A DNA stretch of 64,000 nucleotides. It comes from Mobula hypostoma. Taxonomy: Eukaryota. Where the stretch lies: positions 76,944,001 through 77,008,000 of the forward strand of contig NC_086108.1 of the NCBI RefSeq assembly GCF_963921235.1, read 5' to 3'. Made by a program: the position numbers and the translations under genes. Positions 13,302 to 25,814 of this stretch are shown here, piece after piece. Position 1 is the first letter of the stretch, and the number at the start of each line of letters is the position of its first letter. The notes below the pieces were generated by a model that made no database searches, was not told the DNA's origin, and saw nothing but the letters and a program-made list of their open reading frames with translations.

Positions 13302-13569
13302 TACTCCAAAAAGTAGGTTTGTGGACTCCAGGAAGACAGCTTCTCTATTCTAATCTTAAAGTTGAAATTCCACATCTCTGAAAACTTCCTGAGCTGTCTT
13401 TTCAGCATCAACATTCTGTTCATCTTTTACTAACCATTGTTAGGTACTTCCTAAAAACTCCTTTTATTTTGCTGTTTTCCATTCATTTGACCTTGCCCCA
13501 ATTTAGATATGATTGAAAGAAAGAGACAAGCACATATGCTTTTTTTGCATCTTTACTTCCTGATGGGAA

Positions 13570-14897
13570 AGCTACAGAACCTAGGCCTCTGTACTTCCCT
13601 CTGCAGCTGGATTCTCAGCTTCCTAACCAGAAGACCATAATCTGTGTGGATTGGAAATAACATCTCCACCTCATTGACAATTAATAATGGTGCTTCACAA
13701 GAATGTGTGCTTAGTCCACTGCTCTATTCTCTCTATGCGTATGACTATGCGGCTAGGCATAGTTCAACCAGCATCTATAAATTTACTGATGATACAACCA
13801 TGGTTGACAGTATTTGAGATGGTGATGAAAGGGTGTATAAAAGCGAGGTATATCAGTTAGTTGCGTAGTGTTGCAGCAGCAACCTTGCACTCAACATCAG
13901 CAAGACCAAAGAGCTGACAGTGGATTTCAGAAAGGGTAAGACAAAGGAACACAAGCTAATCCTCATAGAGGGATCAGAAGTGGAGAGAGTGAGCAGCTTC
14001 AAGTCCCTGGGTGTCAGTATCTCTGAGGACCTATCATGTCACAACATATTGATGCAGCTATACTTCATTAGGAGTCTGAGGAGATCTGGCTTGTCAATTA
14101 AAACAATCGAAAACTTCTATAAATGTACTGTGGAGAGCATTCTGACTGGCTGCTTCACCATCTGGTATGGGGGGGGCGCTACTGTACAAGATCAAAGTAA
14201 GTTGCATAAACTTGTAAAATTAGTCAACTCTATCATGGGTACCAGCCTCAGTCGTATCAAAGACATCTTCAAAGGGCAGTGCCCTAGGAAAGCAGCGTCC
14301 ATCATTAGGGATCCTCATCACCTAGGACATGCTCTCTTCACATTGTTACAGTTGGGAAATAGGTACAGAAGTGTGGTAAACCATGTATATATGTTGTAAC
14401 TCGGTTACCTGTCTGGACACACACCTCTGCTGACTGCCCCTGTGGCTCCTCTGACTGCCCCTGTGGCTCCTCCCACAGAGTCCTGTATAAAGGTGTTCGC
14501 CTTGCCCCTCTCCCTCAGTCCGGGGGCAGACACTCACTGTGGAGGTCGTATTGTACAGCGAATAAAAGCCTTTCAGTATTTTACCAAACCTCAGTCTTTT
14601 GGAGTAATTGAAGGTGCTTCAGGAAGCCTAAAGGCACACACTCAGCGATTCAGGAGCAGCTTCTAACCCCCTGCCATCCAATTTCTAAATGGACATTGAA
14701 CCCATGAACACTGCCTTATTACTTTTTTAATTTATGTTATTTTGCACCACTTATCTTGATTTTACTATTTATATGTACACTTAACGTAGCTCAGTTTTCT
14801 CCCTTTATATTTATCATGTATTTCATTGTATTGCTGCCCTGAAGTTAACGAATTTCATGACATATGCCAGTGATATTTAATCTGATTCTGATTCTGA
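13570..14897 (+). mobile_element. 5'-truncated Rex1/Babar LINE (RT C-terminal half)
   Basis: ggtgcttcacaagaatgtgtgcttagtccactg (GAPQGCVLSP-like), aaatttactgatgatacaacc (KFxDDTT), ORF 13920-14399 (VERVSSFKSLGV...FYKCTVESILT), tail tctgattctgattctga. Interrupted by a solo LTR. Confidence 0.9.
14372..14621 (+). mobile_element. Solo LTR (250 bp) inserted in the Rex1 copy
   Basis: TG...CA termini. 5-bp TSD agaag/ggaag with one mismatch. TATAAA at 14486, AATAAA at 14561, 21-bp tandem duplication at 14430-14471. Rex1 sequence resumes after it (cctaaaggcacacactcagcgattc). Confidence 0.8.
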
Positions 14898-17800
14898 CCT
14901 CCCTTATCAAGCTGCTATGCTTCCCATCTTGACCAGGTGATTTGTTGCTTTAAGCATAGTCAATCTGTCTAATTTCTGATACTTTTCATCCTATTTATTA
15001 TGCCTGCTGGCCTCCTATCTAATTTGTTTTTTTTTGCTGTTTGTGTTTGAAAACTTTGAGTTCCCTCTCTCCTCTCAACATTGTGGCGGTATAAAATCAC
15101 TCTTCCTCTGTGCTTATTTTGTTTATGTGTCCTTGGTGTCTCGAAGGCACTGAGGCTTGTATTCTTTGGGGTCAAGGAATTCTTGCTTCTACCCATGCAG
15201 GCCCAAAGGCTGCTTGGGATCTTGTGTGTTCCTCCTGCTATTTTTCTTGGATTGTTGTAGACCTGAGGTGCAACAGTAGTTTCTCAAATGCAATTTCTCC
15301 ACTTTGAGTGGTCAAAAGCTAGGAATTCCCATGGATGTTACACTTTTTTAAAGGAGTCCTTGATCTTTTTTCTCTCTTGGAGATCTCTGGCTGTTTGGAG
15401 CTTAGGATTGTTTTGGGAATCTGCTGTCAAGCATATGGTCAATGTAGAAAGCCTATCGGAACTGGCTGAGGGTGATCAGAGTCCCTCTGCTGGTCTGGGT
15501 GATGATGCTGACATAGGTTTCCCTATCTTTCCAATGAATTTTGAAGTACTTTTTGAGGCTGTGTTATGTACATGATATTCATTGCTTCACAGCAGAACTA
15601 AATTAAAGTTTCTACGGGAGTATGAGGACATGATGGTTGTTAACGTCACCCATTGTCTGAATTCTGTTTGTGAGCCAAATGGCGGTTCCGTAATTGACCT
15701 GATGGACAGTAATGTGAGAGCCTTTTTCAGAATTATAATTTACTTCCAGGAATTTCTTTTAATTAAAAATCTTCGTCTTCAGATAGCCAAATGTAGTTTG
15801 AATAAAGTGGTTAGTTTGGTATCAGATTGTTACTTCAGTTGTAATTAATGCGCTAACCAATCTTGGCTCCCTTCCGAAATTATCATCATAAAGCTGACAT
15901 TAAATGTTAACTTTATAAGTGCAATGGAGCCTACCTGATTTATTATTGCCATACCCTATTGCAGGATCTAGAAGGATAATTCATCAGATTTATTAGTAAA
16001 CTGCATTGGTTCTGAAGGAAGATAACAGTCATAAAATATAATCTGAAAGAAGAAGTCTGTCTGGCACTACCTCTTGTTTTTAAAAGAAGTCTTTAAGAAG
16101 AATTATGATTAAATTTGGGATAGCATGGGTATTTTACTGCAGTAGCATTTTGTCCTTTATATTGGCAGGTTGTAGTTCCATGCTGAAAATCGCAGCTCTT
16201 TTCTTGGATTTAGTTTTTATATTGGTGATTTATATTTATATAGATTCTAAATATTTTAGTAAAAAAGGTTAATTTAAAAATTGAAGACCTGCTACAGAAT
16301 AGTTCTTAAATTATCCATGTGATGGTTTGGCATGATGCTCTTCATTGAGGAAGTAATCAGGCTGTGACAATCAGAATTTAAATTTTCTGCTCTTCTGAAT
16401 ATATTAAAACTAGAATGTGAATTGGCTGGCATTTGGCATGCTGCTTTGGTTCCCTAAAAGTCACGCTGTTGTCCTTTTACTATTAATTTGTATCAGTTTG
16501 CTGCCACTTCTGGAAGACCTGGATTTTGAAAATTTTAAATTAAAGGGATTCTGTGATACTCACCATTATTAAGGCTAAATTAATAGATTCTGGCAACTGC
16601 ATTTGAGCAGTTAAATATTGAAATTAGGAATTTCTCCTACTCCAGCAGAAACAGTACCATAAGCCAAGCTAAAAGTCACCGTCAAACTACATGAAATAAT
16701 GTGAATTTGCTTGGCTCTGTGATGGTGTTCATTGGAAAAAATAGAGCTTATTGATTAGGATTAGCATGAGAAGTTTTGAGATGCACCTGACACCACAGGT
16801 TTTGCTGGCACTAAATGACCTTGCAGCTTTTATTTATTAATTTTTATTTAGCGCTGTTAAATTTTAGATAATTCTCTTCTGTATTTTAACTTGTCCTCAG
16901 TGAGGAAGGATAACCAGATTCATATAAAAGGTTTAGAATATTGGTTAAGTATGAAAGATGAGAAACTACAGATTAGATGCAAAACAAAACTGTACTTTTG
17001 AAATAGTGGTAACTATGAGAAAGTTTAATTTATGTGTTACTGGTATGTTTTTGACTCATTGTCACCCCCTAAGAAGTCACTGCACCAAGATGGATAAATA
17101 TTGCTCCTTATCTTCTGTAAGAATCAAATTCCAACCAGAAAGAAAAATGTATGGTAGAGGAATAATCAGTATTCAGGATTTCCCCTGTTTGTTGATAGTG
17201 AGGTTTGCTACGGAGAATAATATAGGGAAATTTGGAAAGATAATCTGTAACAATAACATGCAATGAGGTCACTGTTCGAAGAAAAAATGGTGTTTGTTCA
17301 TACCACATACTGCAGGGAAAATGAAACTGTCCTTTTCTTTTGTTATCTTTGGCAGTGTTGGTCATGTGCCTTCATAGACTTCTGGAGGGGTTAATATTGT
17401 GGTATTTTGATATCGTTTAGATTCAGGCTGTAGTTTACAATATTATGTGAACCAGAAACATCACGATGAATCAGTTTGAATGAATAGCCTACCTCACCGA
17501 CAGGCACTGATTGGGGCTAGGTTCTGTCAGTGCCACCGAGATCTTAAAGTACACAGGAGTGTGATTACCAGATAATTAATTAATGATGATAGTGTAATCA
17601 CTTCTAATTAATTCAGTCTTAACTGTTTTGGACACAGCATTCCTGGAAATACTATACACTAAGGGTGTCAGATAAGTAAAGTTTAACCTGCTTTTATTAG
17701 TTCCCCGTTGGCTTAATCCTGGGGCTGGCAATTTCATCCTTATTGCCATTGGGATGAAGGTAATCTTACAAATAGCTATTTGGCTATGGTAAAAGCATTT

Positions 17801-18687
17801 TACTTATAAGGAAAGTATATCTGACCATCGATGAGTTGGTAAATAATGATTCCAATAATATTGAAAATCTAGGAGAGTTGAATGTTTGGTGGTGTTGCCT
17901 GAAACTTAATTCAGACTTGGCAGCTTTGTATTGTTAGAATTATGTTTGGATAATTAAATATTGTTATTAATCAGCATCATTAGGTTTATGGTATATGATT
18001 CATTTATTTGTTCAAATAAAATGAGTTGAAAGATGTATCTATGAATAGCTTTCTAATTTTCATTCTGGTGAAGAGGGTGGGATAACAAGAGACTCTGTTA
18101 TCTTGCAAGATTCTCTCTCACTGAGTCCCAAAGAGGTAGTTGAAATGTCAGGCTGGAGCTTATCTGCCATTAGGAACCTTATGTCTGGTAGCACTCTTCA
18201 AGTGCAAAACAGTTTTACTATTATTGACTACAGAGGTTCTATTCATTGATCTTAAAAAGAATAAAATCAAGAATTGAACACTTCCCCTTAATGCAGATTG
18301 AATATGGCAATGAAATCTGTCTCAATAATATTTGGGTTGTTTTGGTGTCTATTACATATCAGTGTCTCCTAAGACTGCTCTGGGAAATCATAAGTGCAGT
18401 GAGTAAATCAGTCCCCTTCCACAGTCAAGCTTCACTCGACCTGCAATCTGTGATCATCAGTTTTTTTTTTAAATGCCTTTTTTTCGAAACCATATCTCCC
18501 TTTTAATTGTTCCATTTAAATCAGAAGAGTTGGGTGAGACTAAAATATATCCTGAGTGCTGTTTCTGATGAGGCCTTCCTTCTGGTGTTACACTAAACAA
18601 GAATCTTCAGGGAGATCATATTAGGGGAATTTTCAATGTTGAATTTAAATTTCAGATTTCACGGCAGGATAGTTACGGGCACAGTAG

Positions 18688-19006
18688 AAATCGGTGGCAC
18701 TGGGGTGTAGCAACTTGTGTAATGGTTTATAGGGCCAGTGATTGGGGTCCAGTTCCTGCTGTTGTTTGTAAGGAGTTTTGTATATTCTCTCCATGACCAC
18801 GTGGTTCTCTGGTTTCCTCCCGCATTCCAATGACGTAGGAATTAGTAAGGGTTAGTAAGTATGGGCATGCTACGTTGGTGCTGGAAGTAGGGTGCAAATG
18901 TGGGCTTCCTTCGGCATATCATCAGACTGTTGGTCATTGCTGCAAATGATACATTTCACTGTATGCTTTGATGTACATATGACAAATAAAGCTATTCTTT
19001 ATCTTT
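18688..19006 (+). mobile_element. V-SINE with Rex1-like 3' tail
   Basis: tRNA-like head (ggtggcac...ggggtccagttcc), V-domain (aggagttttgtatattctc...ggtttcctcccgcattccaa), tail gacaaataaagctattctttatcttt. Confidence 0.7.
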
Positions 19007-19690
19007 GAATTAGAATCAGAATTGGGCTTATTACTCCTTCCATATGTTTTGAAATCTGTTGCGCTGTGGCAGCAGTATAGTCCAAGACATAAAAGTCACT
19101 CTAGGTTGCAGAATATAAATAATAGCACAAGGGAGGAATAGTGGGTGAGGTAGTGTTCATGGGTTAATAGACATTTCAAAAATCTGATGGTGGAGAGGAA
19201 GAAAAATGTTATCTGGGACTTCAGACTCCTCTATTTCCTACTCAATGGTAGTAATGAAAAGATGCCATATCTGGATGGTGAGAGTACTTCATGATGGATG
19301 CTGCCTTCCTTAGGCTCTGTCTTTTGGAAATGTGCATGATGGAGGGGTGACTTGTGCCCTTGATGGAGCTTGCTGAGTCTACAACCCTCTCTAGCCTCTT
19401 TTGTTCATTGGAGCCACTTTGGAGCCTTCATACCAGGCAGTAATGCAACCAGTTAGGATGCTCTCCATAGTACATCTGAAGAAATTTGCTGAAGTCTTTG
19501 GAGATATACCAGATCTCCTCCAGCTCCTGATGAAGTGCTGTTACTAACATGCTTCCTTCATGATTGCATCAGTGTTTTGGGCCCAGCTTTGATCTTCTGA
19601 GATGTTGACATACAGGAACTTGAAGCTGCTCACCCTTTTCACTGCTGATTCCTCAATGAAGACTGGTGTTTGCCCCCCAACTATCACTAA
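19007..19690 (-). mobile_element. Rex1/Babar LINE 3' fragment
   Basis: Tail gaattagaatcagaa. gaggtagtgttcatggg...atggatgctgccttccttagg...aggatgctctccatagtacatctgaagaaattt is the reverse complement of the Rex1 C-terminal region. Confidence 0.8.
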
Positions 19691-22436
19691 TTTCTTTGTT
19701 TAAAAAAAAATATATACTTTGAAAGTATTCAAAACGTTTTGTTTTTAGTTTTTTTCTTCTCAATAATCCTGTCATCATTAATTCAAAGCTGATCCAAGAT
19801 CATAGTAACTTTTTGTTTTGGAAATGTGATTTCAGGTTTTCACTCTGTAGAATACAATGTAAGAATTGTATTTCTCTAGAGCCTGGAGTACTATGAATTC
19901 AGTGGAGTTAAAACAGTAGGTCTTGTGTGATTGAGCTGGGTTTTTCTATTCAGCAGAGCCTTTCAAGAGGACATTATCAATTAGACCAGAGATCTTCCAT
20001 TCAGTATTTAGTCAGAGACAGCTGAATAATCTGCATATAGCCATAGATGGCTTTCTCACTTCCTCCACCCCTCCTTTTACTCTTGATATCACTTGTACCT
20101 AAAAATTAATGTAGCATCACTCAATTTGCAGTTAAGGAGAACAAAGAATTACAGTAAAATAGGCAGTGTTCTGCGGTGTTAAATTTCTAATTATGTGCAG
20201 GACAGTTTTTAAAGAACAGAGCAAGGGAAGATAAAATTTATAAATTTGTACAATGGGCACTGGGGATTAAATGGATAATTTTGGAATGAGCCTGTCAAGT
20301 GAAACCGTTTCAAGAAATAATCTGGTTTTCTTACTGTGACACATTTAATCTGCTCTCTGATTACTATTTAAATTAAGACCCTAATTGCCATGATAGATTA
20401 TTTCCTTCATAAATTGAAAGGAAATTTTCAGACAGGCAAGAGCAGACACATTGAGATTTTTAAAAAATGACAGCACTTTTGTTTTAGTGATCCTTTTGTC
20501 AAACCTTAATCTAAAGAAGGTGTATGAATTTTACAAGGAGTGAGCAATATATATATTCTAGTAGAAGGCTTCCATCAAAGGCAGTCAAAGTATAAGTATT
20601 ACTTCATTTATGAAAGGTTACATTTGTACAAAATGTTTTGTTGAGCTAAAAAAAATTGAAACCATTCAGTACAGTGCATTGATAAGGGAAGGTAAGTGAT
20701 TCATTGTTATACCAAAAAATTAGATCTGTAAGTCAAAAACTCATGTACCTACCAAAGAATCAGTGGCATTATAGTGTCAATTTGTAAATAAAATGTTCTG
20801 AAATCAAGGATGAGTGTTTGTCTGGAGTCAGGCCTCAATTATTCATAAAATCAGTATAGTTCACAACAGATCCCTTATACACGTTTTTACTCCTAATTTT
20901 TAAAACATTTTGAATGTAAATGTTTCAATGGCCAAGTTTTTTAAAATTTATGTATTCATTAACCACAGAATTTTCAAACAGTTGGAAAAAGGTTTCTGTC
21001 ATACAGATACTCCCATTGAAATTTAAAGTTCAAACTTGGTGTAAGCAACGAACACAGTGTCAACTAGGTTCTTCCATCTGGAGTCTGAACTGCACTTTTA
21101 TCCTAACAAAACTGATGTGTTATGTCAAGGAAAGCTCAATCATTTGAAGCAACCAGAATTACCCAAAGCTCCAGCTTTTCTATAGCTTTCCTATTAATGC
21201 ATGTGAGCTTTCTATTTGACTTATAGTTATGAAGTAAAGGTTCAGATGCCACAACTTAACTATCCCTGGACATCCAATTCTTTTTAAAGTTTATAATTTT
21301 GTATTACCCAGGTGATAAAATATTTTGTATTTGTTTCAAGTTTTTTAACTGGATTTTTAAAATGAAAGCGTTGCCTTTGTTTTCTTGCTGAGAGTTAACA
21401 CATACGTCACAAAGTGGTATATATCAGTAAAGTCATCATTCTAATACAGTAGAGTATGATAAACAGAAAATATTCATCAAATAATTGGTTCAGTGACATT
21501 TATTAGGTGACTAACAATCTGATCATCCCAAAATAATAGTACTATAAGAAGTTTGCATCTACATGAGAAAGAAGGTGAAGCCTTGATTTTTAAAGCTGAA
21601 CTGAAAGATGGTATCTCTGACATTGCACTGCTCAGTAAATAAACATTTGCAGGAGAACATGAACCCAAAACTTTGACTTCCTGATGGGGATGCTGCTATT
21701 GATCATTCATTGATGATATTTGAATTTATGAGCTACAACCTCTTGCTACCTGAGTAAAGCCAGTTCAATAATCCCTTAAATAAAAACTAGCTTTTCAGTT
21801 TTCCCCAGAGGGAAACACCAGGAAACCCAAACCTATTAATTATTTTCCAAAATAATTAGTTTTATGTCCATATCATGTGACCACTGTTTCATCTTGTAGA
21901 CTATATTGAAGATTTATTTGAAGAATGGTGACATCGAGTGTCCTTTGACAGAATGATTAGCCTTTTAAGAAATGTAAAGCTTTGTGAAGGTTTTTGTAAG
22001 ATTGGTCTTTGAGAGAACATGACTATTTTGTGATTGTACTTCAATCATTTCATGTTTTATTCAGATTGTGCATTGTTTAAGTTCCTCCATTATCACTTTG
22101 TCCAATATGAACTCGGGTCATGAAAACATCAGCTAATTTAGTGTCTTTGTTGGGCTTAATTGCTAAGCATAGCCTTCTGAAACTACCTTTCGAAGACACA
22201 GAGATGTTCCATGTATTGCTATAACGGCATGGGAGTAGAACTTTGGGAGAAAGTTTCTCTTGAAACAATATATGAAGTTTCTCTAATATATAAGGATTCA
22301 GTAAAATAATTTTGATAAATGAATGAGATAATATGTATTATACAGCTGTGAAACTAATCTAAGTTAATTAAATTTTATGTAATTGTGATAATATTTCATG
22401 TTAGTTTTTTTCCTGCACTATTTATTTTGAACCATT

Positions 22437-25400
22437 CTTCTTCTTCATGTGCCTTGCACGTTACACACTTGGGCGATCATGGCTCTCCACATCGAACGAT
22501 CCCTCGCAGCGTCAATGATACCTTGCACACTTAGATCTGTTAGTTTTTTCACAGTGTCCTTATATTTTCTTCTTTGCTTTCCTCTTGCACATTTCCCAGG
22601 CATACAGCCTTGTAATGTAAGGCATTCTATTTCTCCCTTTCTGATGACATGGCCCAGGAATTTAAGTTTCCTTTCATTTAATATTCTCATTAATGATCTT
22701 TTTGTATGGGCACATTGGAGTACTGTCATTAGTTACCCTATCTCTATGTGATATTTTCAGCATTCTTCTAAGAAACCACATTTCTGTTGCTTCTAAGTTT
22801 CTTTGGCGTTCTGGTGTTACAGTCCATGTTTTGGAAGCATACAGCAAGATTGACCAGATGTAACATTTTAGTAGCCTAAGCCTTGTTGTCATAGAAATGT
22901 GTCTGTTGGTAAAAATGGGTTTCATTTTTTGGAAGTTGGTTTTGGAAATGGCAGTTCTTCTTTTTATTTCTACTTTACTTCTAGCATGTTGTGATATAAA
23001 GCTACCAAGTTAATTAAAGCTGGTCTTTTGTTCAATCTCTTGGTTACCGATATACAATTGGCAGTTGGGGGTATCCTGCTGTTTTGATATTACCATACAT
23101 TTGTTTTTTTTTACAGTTGATCATTAGACCAAAATCTGTACTTGTTTGTACTACTTTGTCTAGGAGGATTTGTAGGTCTTCTGCAGCACTTGCTATTAGG
23201 TGGTATTGCTTGCATATCTTATATTGTTGATGTTAACACCTCCAATTTTTATCCCATCTAGGTATTCTATTTCTCTGAGAATCATTTCACTGTAGATACT
23301 AAATAATTCCGGTGAGGCAACGCATCCTTGTCTAACTCCTCTTTGAATTTTAGTCCAACTGCTTATATTATCATCAATTTTTACCGCCGCCGTTTGATTC
23401 CAATATAAATTTTGAAGCAGTTGTTGGTCCCTTCCGGCAATGTTTAGTTTAGCGAGAATTTGAAATAATTTTTCATGTTGCACTTTGTCAAATGCTTTAG
23501 TGAAATCAATAAAACATAAAAAGACATCATTTTGATATTCAGTTGCCCTTCCTGAAAGCATTCGTAGTATGAATATTATGTTCCTAGTTCCTCTATCCTC
23601 AATAAACCCATATTGCAGTTTAGAAATTTCTGGCGTTAACTTGTTTTTGATTCGACTCAGAACAATTCTCAGCAAAATCTTTATTATGTGACTCATAAGA
23701 CTGATTGTTCTATAATTTTCACAGTCAATAGTTCCAGGAATTTTTGGCAGAGTTATAAATACTGATTTCAAGCGATCGTCAGGCAATACACCAGACTCAT
23801 ATATGCTATTAAACAGTTCAAAAAGAATATCTGTGCCCAGATCTTCTAGGGCTTGTATCATTTCCACTGAAGTTTCATCAGGTCCAGTGGCTTTACCATG
23901 TTTCATGCTTTTCATTGCTTTAGTTATTTCTTCTTTGGTAGTAGGTGGGCCAGAATTAGGGTGTTTAATATCTGGGGGTTCCCCTCTATTATCTTCAAAA
24001 AGCTGCTCTATATACTGAATCCACCTCTCACATACTTTATCTGGATCTGTTAGCATGGATCCATCTGCTGATCTTATGCATCCTGTAGAGGAGGTTTTCT
24101 TAATTCCAGTAATTTCCTTAATTTTCTTGTGCATTTCTTTGCTGTTGTTAATATGGCCTCTACTTCATTGCATTTTTGAGTCAGCCACTCTTCCTTTGCA
24201 ATATTTCACAATTGTCTGATCTGTCTGTCTAGCTCTCTGTATTGCACTTCATTATTCTTCACTAACCTTCTTTGTTCCATCAGATCTAGAATTTCTTTGG
24301 TTATCCACCCCTTGTTGGTGTGTTGAATTTCTTGTACTGGGATTATCTCCTCTGCTGATTGCTGTATAGCATATTTAAATCTGTCCCAAATAGGTGCTGA
24401 TTCATTTTTGTTGAGGTGTTCTTCTACAGCTGTTTTGAATTGTTGCTTAAGTATGCTATCATTTTTAAGTTCTCCCAACATATATTTCTTTCTCTTTTTT
24501 CCACATTTGTTTCTTCAATTTTGTTTTGATGGTAGCTATTACTGGATGGTGATCTGAACCACATTCTGTTCCTGGGTAGGCTTTAGAATTTGTGATATTA
24601 TTTCTAAGGTGTTCATCGATGATAATGAAGTCGATTTGATTCCTTGTTCTATCTCCAGGGCTAATCCAAGTACACAATCTACGTGGATGGTTTTTATACC
24701 AAGTACTGGTGATCACTTGGTTGTTTCTGACACACCAATCAGTAAACCTTTCTCCATTTTCATTTTTCTCCCCTAATCCAAAAGGTGCTATTTGCTGAAC
24801 CCTTTTTTTCTTAAACCCTTTCCTGTCCAACTTTGGAGTTAAAATCTCCCATGACTAGTTTTATATCTTGAGATTTACATTGCTCATAAGCACTGTTGAG
24901 ATCTTCATAAAACTGGTTGATATCCTCTTCATCCGCATCATTTGTTGGCGCATAGGCTTGGATTATGCTAATGTTAAAAGGGGTCGCCCTTAATTTAACT
25001 AAAAGCAGCCGGTCAGATATCGCCCAAAATACCATAAGACATTTTGATACTTGTTTGTTTAAAATAATTCCAACTCCATACATATGCTCTTGACCTCCAG
25101 AATGCATTATCAGAGAACTATTCTTTGTGAATTTGCCACTGTCGGTCCATCTAATTTCTGACAGGCCTAAGATATCAACTTCCAACCTTTTCATTTCATT
25201 TAATGTGTTGTCCAACTTTCCTTTCTGGTAAAGTATACGGATGTTCCATGTTGCTATCCTTAGCCTTTCCCTATTGCTTACAGTCTCTGGATGACAGTCT
25301 GGAGTCACCTACAGCACATGACTATCCCTACCAAGCGAGGAGTTGTTCTATTGATTAGAGTCAAACCCATTCACGCTGTTGTCTGGTTTCCTTCTTCTGT

Positions 25401-25814
25401 TTCTTTCCATGATTCACTAGGCAGAAATTCCAACAGTGGTTTGCCGTTGCCTTCTGTTGCCGCAGTGCTCATCTATCTAGAGTATTTGACCTCTACTGGT
25501 GTTCCCAATTGGAAATCCTACACTAGACGTTGCCCAACCTTTGCTGTTGTTGTACAAAGACAATCCTCCACCAAAGCTTGGAATCCATCTCCCTGCTGCT
25601 GAAGACTTCTGTGATTTTAGGTGACACCACCATCATTGGTCTGGTTATTTTTCTGGTGCCAAACACTTGCCATAGACAGAGCTTCTTCAGCAAGACAGGG
25701 TGCACCAGGACCCAAGTCCTATGTGAAACCAGAGTTGTCTTGGGTGGGAGAAGCTATATAATCGCTATTGGCACTTCCTGATATTTAGTCAGGACCAACC
25801 ACCCCATACACCCC
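22437..25814 (-). mobile_element. Near-full-length RTE-clade LINE (single APE-RT ORF, now frameshifted)
   Basis: Endonuclease motifs RIATWNIR, GLSEIRW, IIQAYAPT, MGDFNSKVG, NQIDFI, SDHHPV. RT motifs FIDFTKAFDKV, GVRQGCVASP, NNIRYA. The stop codon is followed directly by a (GAA)n tail. 11-bp TSD tttgaaccatt at 22426-36 and 25815-25. Confidence 0.95.

Noticed and set aside
18510..18645. Possible ancient Deu-domain SINE relic
   Set aside because: Similarity is too faint to support by eye; it needs an nhmmer search against Dfam.
18688..18765. tRNA gene
   Set aside because: Degenerate tRNA-derived SINE head followed by a V-domain; no cloverleaf.
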